DNA of 64,000 nucleotides from Bilabrum cf. latius (Eukaryota): NCBI GenBank assembly GCA_965178125.1, contig OZ237746.1:868001-932000 (forward strand), read 5' to 3'. Both the position numbers and the translations under genes were made by a program. Below are positions 49,821-61,803 of the stretch, piece by piece. The notes below the pieces were generated by a model. It had not been told where the DNA came from and ran no database searches. It worked only from the letters and a program-made list of their open reading frames with translations. Numbering within the stretch: the stretch's first letter is position 1; the number at the start of each line of letters is the position of its first letter.

Positions 49821-50438
49821 TCATAGACGAGAACCAAGACCAAATGTTTTACGGACGAATTCCTCCAGTTGCTAAAAGGATGAATAAACACAATACTAAC
49901 TCTAATGTAACCCAGCGATTAGATTAGTTCTTGAGCGTTCCACAGACAATAAGTCCCCCGATTTTTTACCCTCACGGATTTCCTCAAAAAGACTGTGAGA
50001 AGGCACACACACAAAAATTGAACTTTCCTTAAATAAATCTTTCGCTAATTCCAACGAACCAACCATAACTATCAGACGTCTTGATTTCTTCGTGAGCCAA
50101 TCCGCTTTAATTTTTTCATACACTAATCTTGATTGGGAATAATAAAAGAGACGATGTGTGCTCTCATCACCGTCAACCAACATCTTCTCCATTTTCTATT
50201 TTTCCTGTCCTGAGATTTGAGCATTTACGCATTCGTCTAAATCAATAATTAGCGTGTCCTTATCCACCGCTTCTAGGGAGCGACACAAAGTAGTTTTCCC
50301 AGAGCCTTTTGGAACAACCACGCAGGATTTCTGTTTCTAAGTTCCGTCTTTCGTCCACCAAGAATATAGACACTTGCTTCCTGTATAAGCTAAAGGGGCT
50401 AAAGTCCCAGCAACCATTACAGCAGTTGATACTGACAT
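49821..50438 (-). CDS. Small P-loop NTPase/kinase-like protein (205 aa)
   Basis: Walker A PKGSGKTT followed by IIDLD; open only with TAG read-through; ends at TGA. Confidence 0.7.
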
Positions 50439-50501
50439 TGTTTTGATATACTATATACCAAGACAAATATTTATTGGTTTACCCTTTTCATACTCCTGAC
50501 T

Positions 50502-51260
50502 TCAATATTTCTCCACACATTCCCTGAACTTTTCCATAGTCTTAAGAAGTTCATCAACAGACCGTTTGTAGTTTTCCATAGATTTCAAAGTGTCTGTTGG
50601 AGTTTCCTTTTGTTTCTATTCAATCAAATATTTGTGTCTAATCGTTCTTTCGTGTCTGCGTATATCTCCTCTACGGACATCACAACCACACTCACATTTT
50701 ACTCTTTGCTTTGCCCAAGTCTAGTGTTTATCTTTGTTCAAATAGTAGTATTTTTGCTACATATTTCTTATTGTAACTACATTATTCAATCTATACATTC
50801 TATTGTCTTCACGAAGTTTTTTACGGTTCTACATTCTGTAGTTGTGTTGGTACTCCCGAATTTTATCGATGTTTTCTAATTGGTATTGCTTAGTTCTCTC
50901 AAGAATTTTTCCGCGGTTCTGTTTATAGTGTTGCTTTCTTTCTTTAAGTACGAATTCTCGGTTCTATTGGTAATGCTCTCTCCTTGTTCTTCCTGCGACA
51001 ATTTTATTCACGCAATCACTTTTCTGTATGAATTCACCCTCTCTGCGATTTAATGCCTCTTTCGATTTACAAGGGTGGTTCTCAATTAAAATAATTCGTG
51101 CGTCTCCACATTTAAGAACTCTTTGCGAAGTACAGTTGTCTGTCATTAAACGATGTTTGGACATTCTCTTACTCAAAGATTGAGTAGTAGAACCAATATA
51201 CGTTAATCCTGTAGAAGGAGACCAAATTTTATATATTTTCCCCTTTGAATAATCAGGCAT
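50502..51260 (-). CDS. GIY-YIG endonuclease with C-terminal CECG...H...H zinc finger (252 aa)
   Basis: KIYKI...YIGSTTQSLSKRMSKH; extends past the TAG at 50964 to TGA 50502. Confidence 0.85.
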
Positions 51261-51321
51261 TCGCTTTTCTACGCTTTTCTACTCTTTTCTATTCCCTTAC
51301 ACTTAAATCAATTTTTCATAC

Positions 51322-51798
51322 TCAAGCTTGGAGCATAGCGAGTAGTTGGTTACGAGAAAGAGATTTACCACCTGTTAAGCCCGAGCCTAACTTGGCACCT
51401 GTTAAGCCCTTGCCTTTCTTGGTAGTTTTTCGGGGTTTCCTTTGGCGTCCCATACCAGCCATTTCACCCACCATTTTAGCGGTGTCAAATACCTACTTAC
51501 CATCCTTTAATACTTTTTTGAGATTGCCTTTCTTTACCCAATCAGCGGTTTTGTGTGCGAACTTTTTTAAGGCGTGTCTAATCTTTTTCCCAAGACCGCG
51601 ACCATGTAATCCTGATAATTGACTTTCATATACAACGGGTAGTTTAGAGGCGGAAAGAACATCTGCCCTTGAGATGACACCCTGCTAATACTCAATCTTA
51701 GAACCATCAATCACATTCATTACTCCTTCGTACAATCCCACAACCACACACTACACATTTTGGTAATCTACAACATCATTATTCTTCACTCGTAGGGT
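51322..51798 (-). CDS. MCP: Major capsid protein, 3' part (basic, Gly-rich C-terminal tail)
   Basis: TLRVKN...YEGVM...GVISRADVLSA...KGKGLTGAKLGSGLTGG; joins the 5' part in frame. Confidence 0.88.
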
Positions 51799-54700
51799 TA
51801 ACATAAATAGTAATATTAGAACGAGTCGGGGCGGGATCTGGGATCGGGGGCTTGCGGGCCGGGGCCCGCTCCGGCGCGGGGCGGAGAACTTAGTTTAGTT
51901 CATTACTATCATACAGAATGTGCGCGCGCGCCGCCATCGCAATCGCGCGGGGCGCGAGCGGCGGCGGGAAGTGCCTGCCACCCCGAGTTGTCCGTTCGGC
52001 TACCACGTTTCGAAAAGTATCTCGACTAAAACGCAAGGGATCGCTTATTCCATGCTTATTGCTACGCTCCGATAGCAGTTAAATGAAACGCTGCCGGTGG
52101 AATTTCCATGCACCCTCGAAACAAAAAGCCTTAGGGATTCGCGCGCCCGGATAAACTCCTCCCTGCCGCGCCCTGATCCGATCCCTTTCGCGCTCCACTC
52201 GATCCGATTCATTCCACCCCTCGAATGCGCCGGTAAGCGACAACATTGTTTGATTTGCATTATAACATCATGATTTCTGCTAGCCGATCGGCGGCCCATG
52301 TCGTGCCCGGCTCTGGAGGAGCACTGAGGTGGCGCGCAAACGCTGTCATCTCCAATCGTGAGCCCAATCCCCGCAGCATCCATGCAACGAGCAACGAAAT
52401 ATTACTTGATTGAATACCAAACATGCAATTCCATGGCGTGATAGGCGTCAGAGCATTGGTGAGTCGAGTGAGCGGACCAACGGCAGCTTCCAACGCCACG
52501 AGCCTCGAGGCACAACGCGTCCACGCTCCAGTCAGTTCCCATCGCAGATGCAAGAGCGCTTTAAACAAAATCAAGTAAGACATAGATTCGATTGCCTGCG
52601 TGTGCTGCTGCTTTGATCGGGGAGGGAGGGCTCCAAGCGGCCGGCTCGCCCTCCCTCCGCCTTGCCGCTGCTGAATCCGACCGCGGGAGCAATCCAAGCT
52701 TCAGGAAGACGACGACGCGCCGGCACAATGGACTCTATGAAGCTATTCATGGCAAATTGCATCGCCGCCGCCGACCGCCGGCAGGCGTTCTGTACCTCGT
52801 GAGCTCATTCAATGCTGACATCTGCGAACTAGCGCCTCCAGCACCCCATCAGCAGCACCGCGTAGCGCCACGGCGGCAGCCAGTGGCATCCTACGGCTCT
52901 CATGCATCTCCTGACTCTGCATTGCCTCCATCGTGGCGGGCACGCCCATTGTGCCTGACGCTCTCCTGCTTGCGACCATCGGCATCGCTGGCGCCTGGCT
53001 GCGACCCCCCGGCACGCGACGGCAGCTCTCCACTCCCGCTACCCGGCCCGCCACCCACTCCCATCTACAAACCCATGGGGGGCGGGCTTAGGTCCTTTCC
53101 CTCTTGTTAACATAAACAGTAATATTAGAACGAGTCGGGGCGGGATCCGGGATCAGGGGCTTGCGGGCCGGGGCCCGCGCCCGCACCGAGCGGAGAACTT
53201 AGTTTAGTTCTATGAGATAACATTCAATGGGCGCGCGCGCCGCCATCGCAATCGCGCGGGGCGCGAGCGGCGGCGGGAAGTGCCTGCCACCCCGAGTTGT
53301 CCGTTCGGCTACCGCGTTTCGGAAAGTATCTCGACTAAAACGCAAGGGATCGCTTATCCCTGACCAATTAGTATGATCATCAATAAAGGAATAAGGTAGC
53401 CCTTGGTGCCTGTTGGATTCTCCCACGAAACAAAAAGCCTTAGGGATTCGCGCGCCCGGATAAACTCCTCCCTGCCGCGCACTGATCCGATCCCTCTCGC
53501 GCTCCACTCGATCCGATTCATTCCACCCCTCGAATGCGCCGGTAAGCCAATAGATTGTTGTATTTGCATTATGACATCATGATTTCTGCTGGCCGATCGG
53601 CTGCCCATGCCGTGCCCGGCTCTGGAGAAGCACTGAGGTGGCGCGCAAATGCTGTCACCTCCAACCGCAAGCTCAATCCCCGCAGCATCCATGCCACGAG
53701 CAACGAAATGTTACTTGATTGAATATCAATCACGCAATTCCACGGTGAGGTAGGCGTGATAGCATCGATGAGTCGAGTGAGCGGACCAACAGCAGCTTCC
53801 AACGCCACGAGCCTCGAGGCACAACGCGTCCGCGCTCCAGTCAGCTCCTATCGCAGATGCAACAGCGCTTTAAAACAAAATCAAGTAAGGCATAGATTCG
53901 ATTGCCCGCGTGCGCTGCTGCTTTGATTGGGGAGGGAGGGCTCCAAGCGGCCGGCTCGCCCTCCCTCCGCCCCGCCGCTGCTGAATCCGACCGCGGGAGC
54001 GATCTAGGCTTCAGGGAGACGACGACGCGCCGGCACAATGGACTCTATGGAGCTATTCATGGCAAATTGCATCGCCGCCGCCGACCCCCGGCAGGCACTC
54101 TGTACCTCGTGAGCTCATATCGCGCTGACATCTGCGAGCTAGCGCCCTCCAGCGCCCCGGCTGCAGCACCGCGAAGCACCACGGCGGCAGCCAGTTGCAT
54201 CTCACGGCTCACCTGCATCTCCTGACTCTGCGTTGCCTCCATCGTGGCGGGCACGCCCATTGTGCCTGACGCTCCCCTGCTTGCGACCATCATCATCGCT
54301 GGCGGCAGGCTGCGACCCCCCGGCACGCGACGGCAGCTCGCCACTCCCGCTACCCGGCCCGCCACCCACTCCCATCTCCAAACCCATGGGGGGCGGGCTT
54401 AGGTCCTTTCCCTCTTGTTAACATAAACAATAATATTAGAACGAGTCGGGGCGGGATCCGGGATCGGGGGCTTGCGGGCCGGGGCCCGCTCCCGCACCGA
54501 GCGGAGAACTTAGTTGAATGCTGTAAGATTACATTCAATGGGCGGGCGCGCCGCTGCCGCAATCGCGCGGGGAGCTTGCGGCGGCGGGAAGTGCCTGCCA
54601 CCCCGAGTTGTCCGTTCGGCTACCGCGTTTCGGCTCTTATCTCTGCGATCGGGACATATCTCGCTAATCCGGCGGGTAACTTTGTGCTACCATGCCAGCG

Positions 54701-55729
54701 AATCCGAACGCAACGGTATGCTCGGCGATTCTCACTCGAAACAAAAAGCCTTAGGGATTCGCGCGCCCGGATAAACTCCTCCCTGCCGCGCCCTGATCCG
54801 ATCCCCCTCGCGCTCCACTCGATCCGATTCATTGCACCTCTCGAATGCGCCGGTAAGCCAATAGATTGTTGTATTTGCATTATAACATCATGATTTCTGC
54901 TAGCCGATCGGCGGCCCATGTCGTGCCCGGCTCTGGAGGAGCACTGAGGTGGCGCGCAAACGCTGTCACCTCCAATCGTGAGCTCATTCCCCGCAGCATC
55001 GATGCCACGAGCAACGAAATCTTACTTGATTGAATATCAAACACGCAATTCCATGGCGGGGTAGCCGTGCTAGCATCGGTGAGTCGAGTGAGCGGACCAA
55101 CAGCAGCTTCCAACGCCACGAGCCTCGAGGCACAACGCGTCCGCGCTCCAGTCAGCTCCCATCGCAGATGCAACAGCGCTTTAAAACAAAATCAAGTAAG
55201 AAATAGATTCGATTGCCTGCGTGCGCTGCTGCTTTGATTGGGGAGGGAGGGCTCCAAGCGGCCGGCTCGCCCTCCCTCCGCCCTGCCACTGCTGAAATCG
55301 ACCGCGGGAGCGATCTAGGCTTCAGGGAGACGACGACGCGCCGGGACAATGGACTCTATGAAGCTAATCATGGCAAATTGCATCGCCGCCGCCGACCGCC
55401 GGCAGGCACTCTGTACCTCGTGAGCTCATATAATGCTGACATCTGCGAGCTACCGCCCTCCAGCACCCCGACAGCAGCACCTCGAAGCACCACGGCGGCA
55501 GCCAGTGGCATCCTACGGCTCACGTTCATTTCCCGACTCTGCGATGCCTCCATCGTGGCGGGCACGCCCATTGTGCCTGACGCTCTCCTGCTTGCGACCA
55601 TCGGCATCGCTGGCGCCTGGCTGCGACCCCCGGGCACACGACGGCAGCTCTCCACTCCCGCTACCCGGCCCGCCACCCACTCCCATCTCCAGACCCATGG
55701 GGGGCGGGCTTAGGTCCTTTCCCTCTTGT
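51799..55729. mobile_element. Head-to-tail trimer of a GC-rich, apparently non-coding ~1.31-kb element inserted in the MCP gene (units 51799-53107, 53108-54418, 54419-55729)
   Basis: Each unit runs TAACATAAA...GGTCCTTTCCCTCTTGT; lengths are 1309, 1311 and 1311. A GT is shared at the junctions, and exact removal restores the MCP frame. Confidence 0.9.
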
Positions 55730-57052
55730 GATAGACAATTGGTTAGAACCGTTTGAACCATTTGTCTAATCTACATCTAGGCTCAAATCCTTGGCGGGGT
55801 CGATGGAGAGAATTGCGCCTGATAGCACCCTTTGTTGATATCCAGGCTATTCAGGCTATATTCCATTATCGAAGCGTCGCATAGCCCATTCCGCGTATTG
55901 CTATTCAAGTCCGTTGCTTCTGGATAAGTCCCATAGCTATTGAGGTGATGCGTCGGCGAGTAATCCAGATTGGTTATTCATTTCGATACTTATTCCCTCA
56001 ATTCCAAGGAATGTGTTTCCCTAATCTACTGAGACGCTGGTAGGTGAGCGTCGGGCAAACACAAATAGACGAGATGGAACTGAATTGCTAAGTTTAATAT
56101 TGTTGTTCGTAAGAGTTGCTGTTGTTCCTGCGCTGATTGTTGCACCATAGCTTTGAGTATATGAAGTCATTTCAAAAATATCATAGGAGACCTGTTTTGG
56201 AAGGACAAACCCTGTTTTAGGGGTAATCTATTCAAGGTATAAATAGGGGTTCTTGACATCTACCGACTAAACGGAAGCAGTTAAGTCCTATTGTGGAATA
56301 CGAGACCACACGGTTCTACTCAGTTGTGACCAATTGATATCTAAGGAAAGAGTTTCTAAACCGAAAATGGCTGGTTGTTCCTATTTACTTTCGTAATGGA
56401 AAGGTGGGCAAAGAACCGCCTCAGTACATTCAAAGACAAGAACACGATTTTGCGTTTGACCTGCGGGCACTGGAGTGTTATCCATTTGAACCAAGTTATA
56501 AAATCCACTTCCTCTTGCGGGTTGGTCCTAAAGCACGTCTTCATACGAAGCAAGAGCGTTATTTGTAGCCTAACTCATCATCGCGTATGAAGGCACATTG
56601 TCGCGTCTATACACACTATCAAGGCAATTCACACGATGAACATCATCATCTAAGCAATGGGACACTACGTCCATTATTTCCGCGTTATTCTAAGTAAAGC
56701 GAATGTTATTGATACCAACTGTCTGTGTTGCAATGGAGCGATTAAGTGGATATGAGCGTGGAGCATCGTAATCTGGTGTAAATGGTACGAGAGCACCTGC
56801 GGTTTGATTATTCACGGAAAAGGTAATGGAAAAACGGCAAGACACGTATGCGCGGCGGCATAAACCTACACCTGAAGGCATACTAATATTCCAATTCACA
56901 CCTGAATTATAATTACCGGCTGAACCAGATGGAGCGTATCTGCGAAACGTTCGGTTCTCATAACCTTCTTGAACTTCATACGGCTTCGGTTGTACATCTA
57001 ATGTAGCGGGTGATACTTTGACTGGCTGAAGGGCAAAGGTATTCAATGACAT
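55730..57052 (-). CDS. MCP: Virophage major capsid protein, 5' part (441 codons; 599 aa when joined)
   Basis: The N-terminus (YEVQEG...NWNISMPS...LCRRAYV...ITF...DAPRSYPL...INN) follows the Sputnik-type MCP pattern; many in-frame TAGs. Confidence 0.88.
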
Positions 57053-57130
57053 TTTTGTTTTCCTTGTATATTATATACAACGAATAAAATTCTATGGGGT
57101 CGCGTCCCCATCCGACGAATTATCTTTTTT

Positions 57131-58246
57131 TCAAAGTCCTTTCCGTTTCTTAAATAAAAACTTCACACTCACACTTCCGTGGCGTAAATAAAGAGGTCTT
57201 AGATTTGAATAATTGTCTTTCCAATATAGATTAAACTAAATCCTATCTACTGAATGTGTATCTAAAAAATCAATTTCGTGGAGAATATGGGGCTGGTATT
57301 GAAGAACCTACTAATTAACTGTTTCAGTGTCATCTAATACACAATCCATATCCACTAATAAACTCTCGGTTCCTGAACCTGAATTTTGAACTGTATTAGT
57401 GGATTGTCCATAGGCGGATTTCTAGGATATTGCCTCACTCCTCACTGGAAGACTTGAAGATGTGAAAACTATTCCACGGAAAACCTAAAACTACACTAAA
57501 CTCCCTCGTTCCTAGGTCATCATTAATCTGTAGTCTCCTGATGGATTTCCCTCGAAGTATGCCTAAGGTTCATATTTTCCAACAGAACTGCCATCATCAA
57601 ATAAAACATTCGTTCCTAAGGATTTGAATAGAATACTGGCGTATAAGTCGTCATCTTGGATATCCATTCGTTCCATAGGAAAACCCGTCATCAGTTCGTT
57701 AAGGGCTTCATTCAACACTAATTTAAATTTTTGTCCTGAGTTTTCCTCGTCGTAATCGGGGTTTGCTACTAAACTGAACTTTCCATCTTTGAATAGTAAA
57801 ACCGGAACTGATGTAATATCCGCTGATAAAGCGTTCTATAGGGTTTCGTTGAATAAATCAACAAAATGCTACACGGAATACATATAATAATAAGGAACAA
57901 ACTACATAGGATTGGAAAAAGATGGTTGGTTTTCCCCTGTTAACTAGGGTCTCCATATAATACTTTCCGTCCATAATTGTACTCCACTTTCATCTGTAAT
58001 GCTTATTCTATACACCGTTTGATTAGGATTTGAAGATGGATTTTTCACTTTATCGGTTTCTATGTGTGGAACCCATAAAGGTATTGAATTGGTGCTTATG
58101 GAAAACCGGAATACTGACATCGTATAATCACCAACATCCTTATCTAATAATGGCTACTTGCGGGTTTCGCTATAGGTCGCTGGTTGGAAAGTATCTTCGT
58201 TATTTCGTATGTTTGCGGTAATGTAAAATCGGTCTGGAGAACTCAT
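57131..58246 (-). CDS. Virophage minor capsid (penton) protein, 371 aa
   Basis: FYITANIRN...ATYSETR..PL...DYTMSVFRFSISTNSIPLW at the N-terminus and VKFLFKK at the C-terminus; lies directly upstream of MCP; absent from the track because of TAGs. Confidence 0.85.
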
Positions 58247-58297
58247 TTTACTATAAGCTTATATTTAAGATGGTTTGATTACTTTTCTAAAGTATAA

Positions 58298-58789
58298 TTA
58301 AGATGGTGTGATGAGTGAACCTGACACTAAGGACTTCCAACTAGATGTTGAAGAACTTCCAATCGCCACATAGACATCGTTGTCGCTTCCATTATACACT
58401 AAAGCCCCCTTGAACTTTCGCTCTGGTGACGTATTAATTGGGACAGAAGCATCAGCAAGCGTTGCTCCAGCAACCTCACTCAGCCCAACAACACCCTCTT
58501 GAGAAGTCTTGAATGAACCAACTAGTGAAATATCGCATCTTTCTCCTTCTTCGCTCATACTCATTTGACAACCCGCAGACGCTCCGTTTTTCCCAAATCG
58601 TAAAACTGTGTCTCCCCACGCCATATATGGTTCTCCGTCCGTGAACTCAATACTTGGATTGCCTATGACTGCTCCCGTAGAGTTAGTAATTGCGGACACT
58701 TTAATTGCGTCGCTACTCACAACATTACACGTAATAGTTTGAGACATCAGGTCTAGGCTGTTCTTAGATAGAAGATTGGAAACTGACAT
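58298..58789 (-). CDS. Hypothetical virion/fibre-like protein (163 aa)
   Basis: Complete ORF next to the penton, rich in predicted beta strands; function is inferred from position only. Confidence 0.6.
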   Translation of the reverse strand: MSVSNLLSKNSLDLMSQTITCNVVSSDAIKVSAITNSTGAVIGNPSIEFTDGEPYMAWGDTVLRFGKNGASAGCQMSMSEEGERCDISLVGSFKTSQEGVVGLSEVAGATLADASVPINTSPERKFKGALVYNGSDNDVYVAIGSSSTSSWKSLVSGSLITPS

Positions 58790-58829
58790 TTTATAGTATA
58801 TCCACAGAAATAATTTTTATCAGGTTGCC

Positions 58830-58915
58830 AAAAGATGTAAATAAGAGGTTTTGGTCAATCTTTTCCTAAAAGATGTATATAAGAGGTTTTGGTTAATCTT
58901 TTCCTAAAAGATGTA
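58830..58915. repeat. 38-bp tandem repeat (about 2.2 copies) with an ATCTTTT-cct-AAAAGAT hairpin
   Basis: aaaagatgtaWataagaggttttggtYaatcttttcct occurs twice and overlaps the stop of the upstream gene. Confidence 0.8.
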
Positions 58916-60155
58916 ATAGTTCCATAGCAACCTAATGGTGAATATCTTTAGTGCTTCCTTTTACTTTCTTGGCTACATTCATTGCTGTATCATAGATAAT
59001 CCTTTTTCCACCTCGTAATCCTTTTCCGGTCTTCTTCTTCTTTTTCCCTCTTGGTTTTCCTATCGGTATTCTACTTTCTTTTACAGACATAGAACCAGGT
59101 TGTGCTATTCCGTGCGGTGGAGAAAATCCGGTAAAACGTTCTACAGGTTTGCTTGCCCGTTTTCCCAAGTCCATTTTCGGCCTTTCCGTTGGACCTCCCT
59201 CGGGTCTGTATCGTTTTCCCTCTCTTTTTTTAAACATCGGCGAACCTTCCCAAAACCCGGGTGGTCTTGCGGGACTTTTCCAAGCAACTGAGGTGACTTT
59301 TTCTGTTGTTGTGTCGTCGTCGTCAATAGCTTGCCCCCTTTCTTCTCCTTGTATGCTCCTTAATAAATCATCCACTTCGCTAGTTTTACTTTTGGATGAC
59401 CCACTCTGTTCTGGAAAATGTTGAAGTAAAGATTGTTGTCCATCAGTTCTCCGTGAGAACTATTGTCCCTATTCTTCTTTTAATATCCTACTTTGTTGCT
59501 ATGAAAGTGGTTGTCCTTTGAAAATCCTTTCGCGTGCTCGTCGTAAAATTTGACCTCTCTATCTCTTGTTTAAACTCTCTGTAGAATTTTCTAATTCTCC
59601 AAAATCTTCTTGAAATGTGTTAGTTGTTGGTGTTCTCATAGGTGTTTGCTGGAAATCAATTCCCAACATTCCCTACGGTATTCTTTTTCCGGATGCGTCC
59701 TAAATAACTTTTCCTAATTCTAAGAGTTGTTTTCTATCCTCAGTTGGAACTCTCTACAGTCCTTCGTATCCTTTCCTTTGAAATCTCTCAATATTTACAT
59801 ATTGTCGGGCGAGTTGTTGCTTCATTTGTGGGGACATATTGATATTACCAACAAAATCCTTTAATGCTTTAATTGCTGGGCTTACATTTTTACCCTCAAT
59901 AATACCTTTCATTATACCAGATATTGATTTAGATATGATTTCCTCGTTGCTTTGGTCTGCCTATTTTCTCTACGCTGGAGTTCCATACCTTCCACTTTCT
60001 TTTAATCGTTCAATTTTTGCCCTTTTCCTTATAAAATCACTATATTCTGTTTCTAAATCTACGTCGTCCCTTGCCTGTAAATCTAACATTTTAGCATTGT
60101 CCAGTTCCCTCTCTAGGGCTTGCTGAATAAGAGCATTCACTTTAGCAGTTTTCAT
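58893..60155 (-). CDS. Hypothetical basic virophage protein (420 aa)
   Basis: ORFs 59970-60155 and 58932-59375 form one frame with TAG read-through; ends at TAA. Confidence 0.7.
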
Positions 60156-60217
60156 TTACTATAAGCTTTTATAAAAAGCTTGACCAAAAAATAAAAAAAG
60201 TGTTTGTGTATAGTATA

Positions 60218-60454
60218 ATGGATATTGATAAGTGGATTATATAGAGAACCAAACAACTCGCGCTATAGAAAGAACAAGACGCTTTAAATAGAGTTAAAAA
60301 CCATCATATTAAAGTTGGAAAAGGTTTAAAGCCCAAACGAAAAGTTTCTGAGAAAATGAAACGCCGCAATAAACTTGTAAAAATGGTGATGTAGTAGACT
60401 GGTATGAGTTTACCTCAAGCAAGTCGGTATATACGAGAATAGAATATTATTTAA
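60218..60454 (+). CDS. Small basic protein with RNKLVKMVM..TGMSLPQASRYIRE motif (virophage core-protein-like)
   Basis: 78 aa with five TAGs, ending at TAA; the motif resembles one recurrent in virophage basic proteins. Confidence 0.6.
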
Positions 60455-60483
60455 AGAAACTTTTATAAAAAGTTTGACCAAAA

Positions 60484-61389
60484 TTATAGAAGGTATGCCT
60501 ACTTCTCTCCAATTAAATACCTCGGGTAATTCCTGTGGACACAGACCCACCTGGAAGGCATTTTTAAGACTTTAGAGATTTCTTGTTTCTCAAGTCCTAT
60601 ATAATTCTTTAACAAATACCTTAGAGAATGTGCGGATGAACACTAAGGGAATATAACGAACTTATGACTTTCCGCAAGAATAATTCGGGTACTTTTATAA
60701 TTTGTGGATAAATGAGAAGTCATTAGAATTGACGTATTTGAGTGGCGACCAACTTGTAAAATATCGTCCTATAAATCTATCAAAGCCTTTTTTACGTCTT
60801 TATCTCTTACTGTATCTATATCGTCTAAAATAACTAAACAATCCTTTAATTCTGTGTGGCAATCAATAGGGTTTTCCACTAATTCCTAATTTAATTCAAT
60901 TCTACTTAGGTTCTTCAAATCATCTAAGGCCTTATCTACCCCAACCCTAGAAAATAAAATAATACGTCGGTCTGGAAATAATCTATTGTAATTCTTAGCG
61001 TATTTACCCACCCAAGTACTTTTCCCACTTCCTGCTGGAGCTGTGATATATACCACTTCCCTTTGAATATCTGGATTTGGAAGACACTAAAATTCACCCT
61101 ATTTTAATGTAATCTCTTTATGTTTCTTTTCCTATGCTTTCTCATATAAATATTTTATGTCTTCATCTAGGGGTTCGACCTGTTTGATAAGGTGACGTGC
61201 CAATAAATCCATTTTCCTCTGGGGAAATCTTTTCCCGGTAAGTGATGATACTTGAAAATCCTAGAATGTAACACTATCATCTCCAAATTGGTTGTCTGTG
61301 TTTTCCGCTGTGTATAAAATACGTTTTCCGTGTGTGTCATATGCAATAGGAGTTGATTTTGTAGTTTCCTTCCAAGAAAAATGTGCCAT
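60484..61389 (-). CDS. FtsK/HerA-family (A32-like) genome packaging ATPase, 301 aa
   Basis: Walker A APAGSGKST, Walker B LVILDDID, and GRH, TSH and SRWV motifs; ends at TAA. Confidence 0.92.
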
Positions 61390-61464
61390 TTTAGTGTATT
61401 TACTATATGTTTTTATTTTTTCTAAAGTGTTTTGTCTTTTTGTTGAAAACTTATTTTGAATGAC

Positions 61465-61803
61465 TTAAACAGTTTCTAGATTTTGTGGGGACTTTTCCAT
61501 TTCCTCTAGAACCTATGTTTGTAACTCTTTCCTTCGTTTTGGATTAATAGAATTCCGCAATACTCTTACATCACTTGACAACAATTTCCACTAAGTATAT
61601 ATTTTACCTCCATTCACCGGACAAATCTGTTGTCCTATCTCAAGCAATAATTCTATGTGCTCCTCAGTTTCTTCCTTTTTGGTTTTGAGTAGATTATACT
61701 ACTTCTTAAGGTCATAATATGCTTTCCTTGCTATTAAATAATCTTTATATACTTCCATATACCTTTTCCAATTACCATATTTCCTTGGTCGTCCTGCTGA
61801 CAT
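61465..61803 (-). CDS. Hypothetical viral protein (112 aa) starting MSAGRPRKY
   Basis: Open with TAG read-through; AT-hook-like GRPRK; upstream AAAATTGA. Confidence 0.6.

Noticed and set aside
51799-55729. MCP insertion as a spliceosomal, group I or group II intron
   Set aside because: On the MCP strand the ends are (AC)AAGAGG...GTTA(AC): no GT-AG, no GUGYG start and no terminal G. It is also a trimer.
51799-55729. Repeat units as a CRISPR array, integron cassettes, rDNA or protein-coding genes
   Set aside because: The constant part is ~1.2 kb, the variable windows are still alignable, and no cas or integron integrase gene is present. The junction GTTAACA does not fit GTTRRRY, no rRNA motifs were recognised, and ORFs are not conserved between units.
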